Part shown: piece by piece, positions 21,741 through 30,578 of the stretch
Layout: the number at the start of each line of letters is the position of its first letter
Numbering within the stretch: the stretch's first letter is position 1
Origin: a virus
Lineage: Duplodnaviria; Caudoviricetes
Length of the DNA: 35,478 nucleotides
Reading direction: 5' to 3' (one strand)
IMG/VR virus record: IMGVR_UViG_3300030397_000224
Coordinates: 1-35,478 of that record
Program-made: the position numbers and the translations under genes
The notes under the pieces: generated by a model
Database searches by the model: none
The model's input: the letters and a program-made list of their open reading frames with translations, nothing else
Told to the model about the DNA's origin: nothing

Positions 21741-23551
21741 GCGGCCTCAAGCGCAGAGAGCCTGGAAAGAATGCCACCATCAGAGAACAGTTCCCGGCAA
21801 ACCTCTTGGAGCACAATTGAACTAATGGTGCCGTCAATAATGGATGATTTGACGAACGCAGACCGCTCAGGCTTTTTGACATTGATTGTTAAAGGGTTTC
21901 CGGTCTTGGGATCAGTAAGCGCGTTACCGTTCTCATCAAAGCATTCTGTTCTTTTGTAATCGTCATAGTATGCCACGCATGACGGAAAAACCTCTTCCGC
22001 CTCATCATGGACAAGGCCCAGCCGCCAAGGGGCGTTTTCTTCGCCGTACTGCTCAACGTCAGTAACAGATTTCCACTTCCGGTAGCGGAGATTCATGAAA
22101 TCTTCGACATAACTCCTTACGTCTTCAATAACGTGTTTCGTGTCTCTGTGTGAGATAGTGCCATAAACGCCATCATGGTTCGCAAGGTCTCCATCAGAAT
22201 AACCGTGAAACCTGGCCGTTGTTGAGTCTTCCCAAGTCATGAAACGGTTTGTGTTATCATCGGGGGACGCGGCAGAAAACAGCACGTTAATTCCGTAAGG
22301 CGATGTAGAGGTGACATTGTAATGCTCTACCCGTACTACCCAATCCTCATTTACGTTGTTTTGAATAGTGTGAAAGTTGCCGGATGTATCATCTTGCGTA
22401 ATGGTCATTCGACCATCGTCAACATCAAGGCTAACACCTACCGGCAAAGTTAAAATAGAACTGGAAAGGGTTAGCTTGTTGCTCCCATCATCAAGAATCC
22501 TTAACAGCCCTGTGCTGTCGTTGCCTATCTCCCATGTTTGATTGCCCGTTGTTTCGTGCAACTGAATAGAACAATCGCTACCTTCGATGTTTAGGTGTCG
22601 TGAAAATCCCGTATCAGAGGCGCGGCTTGCTCCAACACCAACATCACCTGCAAAGGTGGCGGCTTGGCTTGAGCCCAACGTAAGCGCGGCAGTTCCGCCC
22701 GTTACCAACTCCATATTATCCGCGCCATTTTCGCGGATGTATGTATTTGACCCTCCGTCTAAGTATAGTATTTGCCCTGATGACATTACCAATGCGCCTG
22801 CTAGAGCCGTGTTAGTTCCCCCCGCGCTTAATGTGATAATTGCCGAATTAGTAGCATTGCCAAGTTTTGTGGCTCCACTATCCATTCTCAAAACTGTGCT
22901 GCCGTCAAAACGTAAAACAGAAGCGATTAAATCCATTACGCCGGGGCCGACTTCAACGATGTTGGTGGCGTCATACCCTAAATGGGTTTCATCGGCCGCC
23001 GTTGCGTGCGTGCTGCCGTGAATTTTTAGGAACCCGCCAACGCCGTCAGACTGGTTCGCGAGCGTAAAAACGCCGTCAGTGTCGCCGCCTTCAAATGTGG
23101 GATTAACGGCCCCGGTAGAGGCAAAGGCTATAGAAGGGTCACGTAACGAAACCTGTTCATGAAGGATAATGTCAGTGGCGCTGAATGTTGTTTTTTGACC
23201 CGACCCAACAAACACTTGGATAGTACCGGAACTGGATAGCAGGTAATCGCCGCCGCCAACGCCATCAAAATAAATGCGGTCAGTATCTTCGAGCGCAACA
23301 TTTTTGGCGTAAGCCTTGTTCCCGCTTTCATCAATCTCGAATAACTGAATCCAGTCAGTCCCGTCATAGATTTCTTTCGTCCAAGCGCCTGCAACGGAAT
23401 TGTTGACGTATTCAATCCCGGCAGTCAGGTTGCCTGGTGCGGAAGATCCAATTTCATTTCTGCGAACCTCGTCAATATTCGCATCCATGGTGTTCATTTC
23501 GGTCGCGGTGAGAACCTGCCCGACTGAAAATGTTTGTGGTGTGTAGGCCAT
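21737..23551 (-). CDS. Tail fiber/spike with C-terminal intramolecular chaperone (Peptidase S74-like)
   Basis: N-terminal virion anchor (F..GQVLTA..MN), beta-rich Gly/Thr body, C-terminal SHRDTK..I...RLGLV..E.EEVFP..V and a terminal RLSALE coil. Confidence 0.85.
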   Translation of the reverse strand: MAYTPQTFSVGQVLTATEMNTMDANIDEVRRNEIGSSAPGNLTAGIEYVNNSVAGAWTKEIYDGTDWIQLFEIDESGNKAYAKNVALEDTDRIYFDGVGGGDYLLSSSGTIQVFVGSGQKTTFSATDIILHEQVSLRDPSIAFASTGAVNPTFEGGDTDGVFTLANQSDGVGGFLKIHGSTHATAADETHLGYDATNIVEVGPGVMDLIASVLRFDGSTVLRMDSGATKLGNATNSAIITLSAGGTNTALAGALVMSSGQILYLDGGSNTYIRENGADNMELVTGGTAALTLGSSQAATFAGDVGVGASRASDTGFSRHLNIEGSDCSIQLHETTGNQTWEIGNDSTGLLRILDDGSNKLTLSSSILTLPVGVSLDVDDGRMTITQDDTSGNFHTIQNNVNEDWVVRVEHYNVTSTSPYGINVLFSAASPDDNTNRFMTWEDSTTARFHGYSDGDLANHDGVYGTISHRDTKHVIEDVRSYVEDFMNLRYRKWKSVTDVEQYGEENAPWRLGLVHDEAEEVFPSCVAYYDDYKRTECFDENGNALTDPKTGNPLTINVKKPERSAFVKSSIIDGTISSIVLQEVCRELFSDGGILSRLSALEAA

Positions 23552-23808
23552 TAATCGAGAACCAGTAATTGTCCGTTTTCTAGGTCAAGCTGAACCCTGT
23601 CATTAGAGTCAATGCCGTGTTGTTCCATCAGAAGATTCACAATTGCTTCTTCATCAGCCAGTGATTGATTAACCATCCGGCGCATTTTTTCCTTCAGATC
23701 GTCAAGCTCAAGAATGCCAACGCCGACCTTCGTCGCGGCATCGTCACGCCGTTTCGCGTGGTCTCGCAATTCTTCAACGCGGTCTTCCGGTATTTCAAAA
23801 GCTTTCAT
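23551..23808 (-). CDS. Small helical tail-associated protein/chaperone
   Basis: Lies between tail tip and fiber; coiled coil followed by V.LDLENG. Confidence 0.55.
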   Translation of the reverse strand: MKAFEIPEDRVEELRDHAKRRDDAATKVGVGILELDDLKEKMRRMVNQSLADEEAIVNLLMEQHGIDSNDRVQLDLENGQLLVLD

Positions 23809-25238
23809 AGTCCAAGTACCCTGTCAGTATCAAGCTTGCCAAGCGGGTCATTGTCCAAAATCAGGAAGTTTCCTGATGACCGCAGCTGGAACCCCAATTC
23901 TAAAACATGCCGGTTGCCATTGCTAAGGTCGATGCTGTGCTCAAGCCTTGTGATCATGTGCAGGGATGCAATGCCGGTGATGGAGTTTGTAAGGTGCATT
24001 AAATCCCCAACTTCAGCGCCAAGCATTGAAGGAAAGTCATTGACGATTGATCCCCCAACATCAGGGATGGGATAAGCAAACTGATCAACAAGATACTGTG
24101 CATAATCCTGCGCGAAGTTGAAGTTTCCAATCAGGTCACTCTCAAGCGTGAAAACCCTTCTGCCATAAAGTGACTGACTGGAATTGCTTTCTGCTTTGCC
24201 CGTCAGTGGTGGCGCTCGTCTTAACGGCTTGCCACGAATGTTGAACTTGGTCAGGAAGGTCTCGGTGCCAGTTCCATTGAATACCGTGGCCACAACTGTT
24301 TCAGCAAACAGCGTGGCCGTGACAGATGACGTTGCCGTGGTGTTACTGCCTGAACCATCGCTGTTCGCATTTGTCAGCCAGTCAGTGGAAGAAACCGGGG
24401 TCACAAGGTCTTTTGCCGGGATAGGCTCAAGGGTGTCGGGGTCAAGGTAGTCCAGAAAAAACGAAATCCAACTGCTGGCCTGGATAGATAAGGCGCCCGT
24501 CAATGAGCCAACAACCGTTTCCGCTGATTCTGGTGAGCGTGGCCGGGACTTGATTAAAGCTTCATTCAGCAATTCATCATCAGTCAACGCATAGGCAAGG
24601 GTCATGAATTCATCATATGAAGCCTGCGTGGTGGCAATGGCTTCAAAGTGTCGATTCTTCACACGAACCACCCCGCCGCCATCAGCAAAGACGCTGTAAT
24701 AACCCGAGTCAATCAGTTCCTGAACCGCTCTATCAGCGCGTTTTTCCTTGAACCATGTAAAAGGAACCGTCTGGTTCAGGGCATCAATAGACCAAGTTGA
24801 AACTTCTGACAGACTGAAGACGATGGCAAAGAGGCTTCCAACATTGCCGTTACTGATCAGGCTTGTTGTGATTGTCCGGTTGCGCATGTCTCTGATTCTG
24901 TCTCTGGCGCTCGCGTTAGCGGACTGGCTTTCAAGAGCCGGTTGGACTGACCATTCATCAATCGTGCCGGTGAAAAGATTGTAGGTGGATGAAGAGTGTG
25001 TTGCCCGCACCCGCATATTCAAAGCCGGTCGCAAAAGACCCGCCAAGGAACTATTCGGATTATCAGGAGAGTATTTCCCTGATGGATTATGCAGGGAGAA
25101 TCTGCAATCGCCTGGTTCAAGTTGGAAGAAAACGCCACCGAGATTCCTTGAAATAGAAATGGTGGTCACATCAGGGGTTATGTCAGTATAAGACCCTGAT
25201 TCAAATTCAACTTCAACGGCATAGGTTGGGGTTGTCAC
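23805..25238 (-). CDS. Tail tip/hub protein
   Basis: Follows the tape measure. YTDIT.DV..ISI.R, L.N..G.YSP.N, LFTG.I..W, FADGGG, C-terminal F.ILD.D..G.LD...LG. Confidence 0.8.
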   Translation of the reverse strand: MTTPTYAVEVEFESGSYTDITPDVTTISISRNLGGVFFQLEPGDCRFSLHNPSGKYSPDNPNSSLAGLLRPALNMRVRATHSSSTYNLFTGTIDEWSVQPALESQSANASARDRIRDMRNRTITTSLISNGNVGSLFAIVFSLSEVSTWSIDALNQTVPFTWFKEKRADRAVQELIDSGYYSVFADGGGVVRVKNRHFEAIATTQASYDEFMTLAYALTDDELLNEALIKSRPRSPESAETVVGSLTGALSIQASSWISFFLDYLDPDTLEPIPAKDLVTPVSSTDWLTNANSDGSGSNTTATSSVTATLFAETVVATVFNGTGTETFLTKFNIRGKPLRRAPPLTGKAESNSSQSLYGRRVFTLESDLIGNFNFAQDYAQYLVDQFAYPIPDVGGSIVNDFPSMLGAEVGDLMHLTNSITGIASLHMITRLEHSIDLSNGNRHVLELGFQLRSSGNFLILDNDPLGKLDTDRVLGL

Positions 25239-28200
25239 CGATACCTGCCCTGGTTCTGCCGCATCTTTCTCTCTATCATCTTCACCAGCCGGTTCAAGGT
25301 GACTTCATCAGCATACAAAGGGCCGTTGATATTCAGCGCCATACCACCGCCACCGCCATTGGCCAGCGGCTCAACCTTGACCCTTTCCGGCCCCATTTCG
25401 CCAACCTGGATCAGTGATCGCCGGGTAAAGATACCCTCACCACCCGTTGCGAAGCTGCCTGACAAGGCTCCTTGAAGCGTGCTGCCGACAATGGAGCCGA
25501 AGGGTTGGCCAAGGGCAGCAACGGTCAAATCAAGCGCCTGAAGAAGTGCTTGAGAAGGATCACCGATGGCCCCGAACAACTTCCCAAATCGCGCCTTGTA
25601 GAAGCCTGAGGGGTCTGGCGTTACGTCTTTCCGGTAGAAAGCGCCTTGACTGCCAACGGCAGCGGCCACCGCGCCAATCTGGGCCGGATCAAGAGCCGAT
25701 GCAATAGCGGCTTCCGCAAAGGCAAACGCATCAAGCAGGGAGGCAAAAGCCGCCGCGCCCTCATTGCCGGGGAAACTGTTGTGGTCTGACTGGAAACGAA
25801 CATTGCCGAAAGGCGAGGCAGTGATTTTGCTCAAGTCCTCGCTGCCAATCGCCTGCGTTGGGCTGTCACTGGTAGGAATGAATGACCACCTTGGTTCCTT
25901 GTTCTTGCCGCCAAAGAGCGTATCAACGAGTGACCCCACCGTAGAACCAATGAAAGACCCCACCGGCCCACCGAAGGCTCCTAGCGCCCCGCCGATAGTC
26001 GCGCCGATGTTTGAACCTGGTGTTTTGTCAGTGAACAACCCGCCAAGCGCACCGCCTGCAAAATTCCCGAGAAGTCCGGCCCCGGCAGTGGCCAGATTGC
26101 CAAGCATGCCGCCACCAAAGAAGTCATTGATCTGTCCGCCAAGACCGCCGAATAACCCATTAGAAAAATCACTGATACTGCCGCCGATACCGCCAAAGAA
26201 GTTCTTCACACCACTGAAGAAACCGCCGCCGCCAACGTCGCTTCCCATGCCACCAAAGCCATGCGAGGTCAGCATATCTGTTCCGCCGCCACCGCCGAAA
26301 AGACCGCCAAAAAAATCCTTCACGCCACTGAACAGACCGCCGTCCCCATTGTTGCCGCCGAACAGGGAATTGAAAAAGCCGCCTGTCTCTTTGCCTGCGC
26401 CAAGCAGCGTGTCAAGAATGCCGCCACCAGTACCGCCAGAAGAAGGGGTTCCGCCGCCAAGTAGCGACTGAAACAGCCCGGCAACTGATCCTGTTTTTCC
26501 GCCGACTCCCGATAAGTCATTGATTAAATTGCCAAAAATACCACCAAGCCCCTGGCCGCCGGCAACAGAATTGATGATGGAACCAATGGCCGTGGTGACT
26601 TCCCGGCCAAGGTCTGTGAATGCGTCTAACACATCAGTTATGGCGCTCTTGAAAGGCTTGACCATTACATCAGGCAGGGTGCCTGCTGTCCTGCCAATGT
26701 CGCCAACCGTGGAATCAAAACTGGTGCCGAAAGCGTTTACATCATTGCCCATATCATCAAAGGCATCGCCGACTTCTTCCCCGTCTTCCTGCGCGGCTTC
26801 GGCCATTTCATCCATTTCTTTCTTGACCAAGCCCTTGACGTGGCTAAAGGTTCCGGCCACGTCTTCAGCGCCTTGTTCTATCTTCGGGACAATAACGTCC
26901 TTCCATTCACCGGCCCAATCAGAAAGTTTGTCCCCAGCATCAACGGTAAAATCAGAAATCCCTTTTGCTGTTACGCCAAGCGCCTTCTTAAAGCTGTCAG
27001 GCAGGAAGTCGACAAAGGCATTCCATATCTGTTTGAACTTGCCGACATATTCATTGATCTTTTCAACCAAAACTTTCCTGATGCCATTTCCGAAATCAAT
27101 AATGGCTTCGCCAGTTTGCGCCAGCAATCTGCCAACGACATTGAAGGTGGCAACAACGGCTTCCCAATTCTTCGCAACAAACACACCCGCAGCAGCAAGC
27201 CCAAGAATAGCAGCAGTCAGCGGCCCGGCCGCAATGGTCAGCGCGGCCATGCCCTTGCCGAATTTCGCAAAAACCTGGATGGCGGTTCCAACGGCTATCA
27301 GTATCGGCCCACCGGCCCCAACAAGCCCGGCAATCGTTAAGGCGGCGTCTTTGACAGGCTGTGGCAGCGCCACAAAGATTTGAACCAGTTGCCCTATTTT
27401 CCCTATCACCTGGTTTGCACCGTCGAAGAAACCACGAAAGAAGCGGTTGACTTCCATTGACAGCGGGCCGAAGGCAGAAGCAATGTTATTGCCCATGACC
27501 TTCATGTCTTCGCCAAAGGTTCTCGATACGGCTCCGGTCTGGATTACCTTACCCTGTGAGTCATCAAGGTTCCTTGACAAAGACCCCAGCGACGGTATCA
27601 ACCCGTCACGGATGGCTCGCATGGCCCTTGTCGCTCCTTCCGCCCCGAACAATTCAAGCGCCTTGTTGTAGGCTTCAGTTTCGTCCTTGGCGTTTGCAAT
27701 CTCTTGGATAGCCAGATCCAGCGAACCGCGAACGTCCAGCCCGGCATCGGCAAACTTCCTTAATGCCTGGTTCAGCGCAGGAGAAACCCTGCTGAAACTG
27801 ATTCCCGCCGTTTCCATCTTGGCAATAAGCACGGCGGACTCATCAGCAGAAAGTCCTGCTGTACGCAACACAGCGCCGTATTCAGCGACATTGGCCACCA
27901 GTCGGCCAAGGCCAATCCCCATTTCCTGGCTGATTTCAAAGAATTCATCAAGCTGTTTCCCGGCATCGCTGGCATCGGTGCCCATAACCTGGATGACCTG
28001 AGAAAACTGCTGTGCAAGCTGTGAGGCATTTGTGCCGGTCAGTCTCGCGGCTTCCAGCACCTGCACTGACATTTGTTGGAGCGCGTTACCGGTCAGGCGA
28101 CTTCTGGTGTTCAGTTCACCAATGACCCCTGAAATCGTCTGAAGGTCGGCAGGGACTTTCTTAAACACCTGGTCACTGATCGTTGACAGGTCTTGAAGGG

Positions 28201-28459
28201 TTTGACCTGTTGCGCCAGTGGCGTTCCTGATGGTGTTGGTGGCGGCCTCGTAGTCGTTGGAGAGCTTGAGAAGACCGGCAGTGGCAGCGACGAGCGGAAC
28301 GGTGACAAACTTTGTTAACTCTTTACCGGCATCAGCAACCTGTTTGCCGGATTTCTCCATTTTGTCCCCAAAGGATTCACCGGCTTTCATAGCCTGGTCG
28401 AACCCTTTGGTTATCGCTTCGATTCCCTGAAGCGATGTTGTTATGTTTACATCAGCCAT
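25235..28459 (-). CDS. Tail tape measure protein
   Basis: 1074 aa, Ala/Gly-rich, TKFVTVPL start motif, ALELFGAEG, hydrophobic middle, C-terminal FATGG...VGE.GPE.V. Confidence 0.93.
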   Translation of the reverse strand: MADVNITTSLQGIEAITKGFDQAMKAGESFGDKMEKSGKQVADAGKELTKFVTVPLVAATAGLLKLSNDYEAATNTIRNATGATGQTLQDLSTISDQVFKKVPADLQTISGVIGELNTRSRLTGNALQQMSVQVLEAARLTGTNASQLAQQFSQVIQVMGTDASDAGKQLDEFFEISQEMGIGLGRLVANVAEYGAVLRTAGLSADESAVLIAKMETAGISFSRVSPALNQALRKFADAGLDVRGSLDLAIQEIANAKDETEAYNKALELFGAEGATRAMRAIRDGLIPSLGSLSRNLDDSQGKVIQTGAVSRTFGEDMKVMGNNIASAFGPLSMEVNRFFRGFFDGANQVIGKIGQLVQIFVALPQPVKDAALTIAGLVGAGGPILIAVGTAIQVFAKFGKGMAALTIAAGPLTAAILGLAAAGVFVAKNWEAVVATFNVVGRLLAQTGEAIIDFGNGIRKVLVEKINEYVGKFKQIWNAFVDFLPDSFKKALGVTAKGISDFTVDAGDKLSDWAGEWKDVIVPKIEQGAEDVAGTFSHVKGLVKKEMDEMAEAAQEDGEEVGDAFDDMGNDVNAFGTSFDSTVGDIGRTAGTLPDVMVKPFKSAITDVLDAFTDLGREVTTAIGSIINSVAGGQGLGGIFGNLINDLSGVGGKTGSVAGLFQSLLGGGTPSSGGTGGGILDTLLGAGKETGGFFNSLFGGNNGDGGLFSGVKDFFGGLFGGGGGTDMLTSHGFGGMGSDVGGGGFFSGVKNFFGGIGGSISDFSNGLFGGLGGQINDFFGGGMLGNLATAGAGLLGNFAGGALGGLFTDKTPGSNIGATIGGALGAFGGPVGSFIGSTVGSLVDTLFGGKNKEPRWSFIPTSDSPTQAIGSEDLSKITASPFGNVRFQSDHNSFPGNEGAAAFASLLDAFAFAEAAIASALDPAQIGAVAAAVGSQGAFYRKDVTPDPSGFYKARFGKLFGAIGDPSQALLQALDLTVAALGQPFGSIVGSTLQGALSGSFATGGEGIFTRRSLIQVGEMGPERVKVEPLANGGGGGMALNINGPLYADEVTLNRLVKMIERKMRQNQGRYR

Positions 28460-28592
28460 CTTCGCGCATCTTCTGTTCTATATCCAACAGATCGAGAAGA
28501 TAGAAGGCTTCATCATCTGTCAGTTGCTCTAAATCTGACGCGCTCCAACCGTAAGCTTTTGCGAATCTATGCAGCGCGTTTAGGAATTTGGG
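28452..28592 (-). CDS. Tail assembly chaperone gpT segment, reached by -1 frameshift
   Basis: The -1 frame after slippery C CCA AAT reads PKFLNALHRFAKAYGWSASDLEQLTDDEAFYLLDLLDIEQKMREDG*, ending inside the tape-measure start. Confidence 0.8.
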   Translation of the reverse strand, partial: PKFLNALHRFAKAYGWSASDLEQLTDDEAFYLLDLLDIEQKMREDG

Positions 28593-28933
28593 TCATGGGC
28601 TTCCTCTTCCATGCCGCTTCTGATAACCCAGCCAACCGCAGTCAGGACTTTAGCCGTTGGCGGAATCTCTTCGATTTTTTCATCAGGAACAGAAGGGTCA
28701 ATCTTATGCACCATGACCTCAAGCAGTCCGAACAAATGGTCAAAGTCAATATCTTCATTGAATCCCTGAAGACCTTTCATGGTCACGCCATATTTATTCT
28801 TGAGCCTTCGCCAATCGCCGATGTTCAGCGGTGAGGCTTCAGCAAGGTCAATCGCCTTGCCATTAACGGTGATGGTGGTAGAAGGGGTCTCAGAAACCTG
28901 AACACTCGTTGTGTCCGTTGTTGTCATGGTCAA
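28580..28933 (-). CDS. Tail assembly chaperone gpG
   Basis: Lies between tail tube and tape measure and ends at a slippery heptamer. Confidence 0.8.
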   Translation of the reverse strand: MTMTTTDTTSVQVSETPSTTITVNGKAIDLAEASPLNIGDWRRLKNKYGVTMKGLQGFNEDIDFDHLFGLLEVMVHKIDPSVPDEKIEEIPPTAKVLTAVGWVIRSGMEEEAHDPNS

Positions 28934-28942
28934 TCCTCATAA

Positions 28943-29896
28943 TTAAAAGAACGAATTGGTGGTGGTCAGTGACACCTTCAAAGCATTGCCAGAACCGGAA
29001 ACGTATTCCGCCCGGCTTTGGAATGCTACGGTGACACGGCCCCGACCTGGCAAAGCAGGCGGATAGGTGAGATAGCGCACACCTGGCGCGTCAAAAACAA
29101 TCTGGAATGAATTGGCCCTGGTCATTGAAAACACATACTGCTGCTCAACATCGTTTTCAAAATCAAGGTAATCGGAAATGTTGTCAAAAGACATGGTGCC
29201 GGAAAGCCGGATCAGTTGCGGCCCGTTCCTTCTGATTTTGTAGGGAGCGGTGCTGCTGTTCAGCGTGGCAATGCTTTCAAGCTGGTTGTTGATGGAAACA
29301 CTCAGGGCTTCCAGTCTTGGGTTGGCGGCTCCGCCCACTTCAATCGAGCAGGTATCAAAGGCAAACGGCTCCTGTGCGCTGCTGACAAAGCTGGCGGCAG
29401 TTTCGGCAACGTTGGTGGCATTGATACCCACCAGCCCGGCTGACATTCGCAGACCTTGGTTAGGCGCAATGTTGAACTCAAGCGTGTTGATGTTCATGCC
29501 GCCGTAACGCTGGGCTGACGTTACATCGCGGAAAACCTGGAAGGTGTATGGCTGTTGAGGGAACCGGTCATCCCAATCCGAGGTTCTCATCGTGTGCTCA
29601 GTCGTATACAGGAACCCTGAAAGGACTTCTGTCATTGACTGAATGCCCATTGCACCGTGCAGGAAATGACCCACCTGAACAGTGTGCGCATCGGCCACAA
29701 CCGGCCCGCCTACACGGCGAACCCCTCTTGAATCTCGCGGCTCGTAAAGGGCATTAATGATGTTCTTGGTTTCATATCGGTCATACGGCGCGTCAATGTT
29801 TTCACTTAACGCTTCAATGAACTCTGTTGGAGTGACAGGCACCGCGCCTGAAGATTCTTTTGCAAAGCCAATGCTGCCTCTCATTCCGTATGACAT
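28943..29896 (-). CDS. Major tail (tube) protein
   Basis: G....IGFAKES, beta-rich tube-like composition, and position upstream of the chaperone and tape measure. Confidence 0.85.
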   Translation of the reverse strand: MSYGMRGSIGFAKESSGAVPVTPTEFIEALSENIDAPYDRYETKNIINALYEPRDSRGVRRVGGPVVADAHTVQVGHFLHGAMGIQSMTEVLSGFLYTTEHTMRTSDWDDRFPQQPYTFQVFRDVTSAQRYGGMNINTLEFNIAPNQGLRMSAGLVGINATNVAETAASFVSSAQEPFAFDTCSIEVGGAANPRLEALSVSINNQLESIATLNSSTAPYKIRRNGPQLIRLSGTMSFDNISDYLDFENDVEQQYVFSMTRANSFQIVFDAPGVRYLTYPPALPGRGRVTVAFQSRAEYVSGSGNALKVSLTTTNSFF

Positions 29897-29899
29897 GGT

Positions 29900-30067
29900 T
29901 TACTCTTCCTCGCTGGCTTTCGGTTTGCGTTTTGGCGTGACAACCTTTTCAACCAAGCCGGACTCTTCAAGCTCTGCCAGAACCTTGGCAGGCGCTTTGA
30001 CGGGTTGCCCGGCCACCAGATTTAACTGGTATTTCGGGACATGCCTGGTAAGGGTTGCTTTATGCAT
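29900..30067 (-). CDS. Small protein preceding the tail tube (55 aa), probably leaderless
   Basis: MHKATLTRH...LEESGLVEKV...KPKASEEE*; TATAAT at 30075-30080 lies 7 nt before the ATG. Confidence 0.6.
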   Translation of the reverse strand: MHKATLTRHVPKYQLNLVAGQPVKAPAKVLAELEESGLVEKVVTPKRKPKASEEE

Positions 30068-30113
30068 GAACGCCATTATATGCGAAGGCCAAAACACTGG
30101 AACGGCCAGCCGT

Positions 30114-30128
30114 GTTGCATGATGCAAT
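30114..30128. promoter_or_regulatory. Palindrome GTTGCA-N3-TGCAAT (copy 2)
   Basis: GTTGCATGATGCAAT in the divergent gap upstream of the tail unit. Confidence 0.6.
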
Positions 30129-30154
30129 GTTTCTTGCAGGGAAGGGGCTAGTGA

Positions 30155-30171
30155 TGTAAAGTTGTTTGACA
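30155..30171. promoter_or_regulatory. Degenerate Cro-type operator TGTAAA-N5-TTGACA
   Basis: One mismatch to the 18369 motif; lies just upstream of the inverted gene at 30186. Confidence 0.55.
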
Positions 30172-30185
30172 TTGCAAGGGGATCA

Positions 30186-30578
30186 ATGATGAACACAGCG
30201 ATTGTCAAAAAGCGCCTTGGCGCATTCATCAGGCGGCATCTGACTATCCACAAGTACAGCAAGACTGCCATCAGGATCAATAGTGTTCGACGGGTCATCC
30301 GAGAACACACCACTGAATCACTTGTGGCCAGAACATGGCAGGCTTTCCGAAACAGAAACCTGTACAACCTCTGCATGACCACTGACCATTGGTTGCCCAA
30401 CAGGCTTTATGAACTGTGGACATGGAAGAACCGGGGATTCAAACCAGCCAAGCACCCGATTGACATGGAGCGAAGGCGACAGATCAACGAGTTTCATCGC
30501 TTTGAAAGAATGAACACACCTGAAGCGGCTGACCACTTCAGGAAGGTTGATGCTGAAATGAGGGCTTGGCCGGATTAA
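30186..30578 (+). CDS. Inverted basic hypothetical protein (moron) inside the structural module
   Basis: AAGGGG RBS before ATG 30186; fills the gap and its stop overlaps the sulfotransferase stop. Confidence 0.6.
   Translation: MMNTAIVKKRLGAFIRRHLTIHKYSKTAIRINSVRRVIREHTTESLVARTWQAFRNRNLYNLCMTTDHWLPNRLYELWTWKNRGFKPAKHPIDMERRRQINEFHRFERMNTPEAADHFRKVDAEMRAWPD

Noticed and set aside
21737-23551. Diversity-generating retroelement or invertible fiber segment
   Set aside because: No reverse transcriptase, invertase, or template/variable repeat pair was seen.
25764-28001. Long plus-strand ORFs (235, 287 and 166 aa) opposite the tape measure
   Set aside because: Pro/Ser-rich antisense shadows of Gly/Ala-rich coding sequence, with no RBS or domain.
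30068-30400. N-terminal extension of the 166-aa ORF 29900..30400
   Set aside because: It runs through a regulatory gap and opposite the plus-strand moron; only the last 55 codons look like a real gene.
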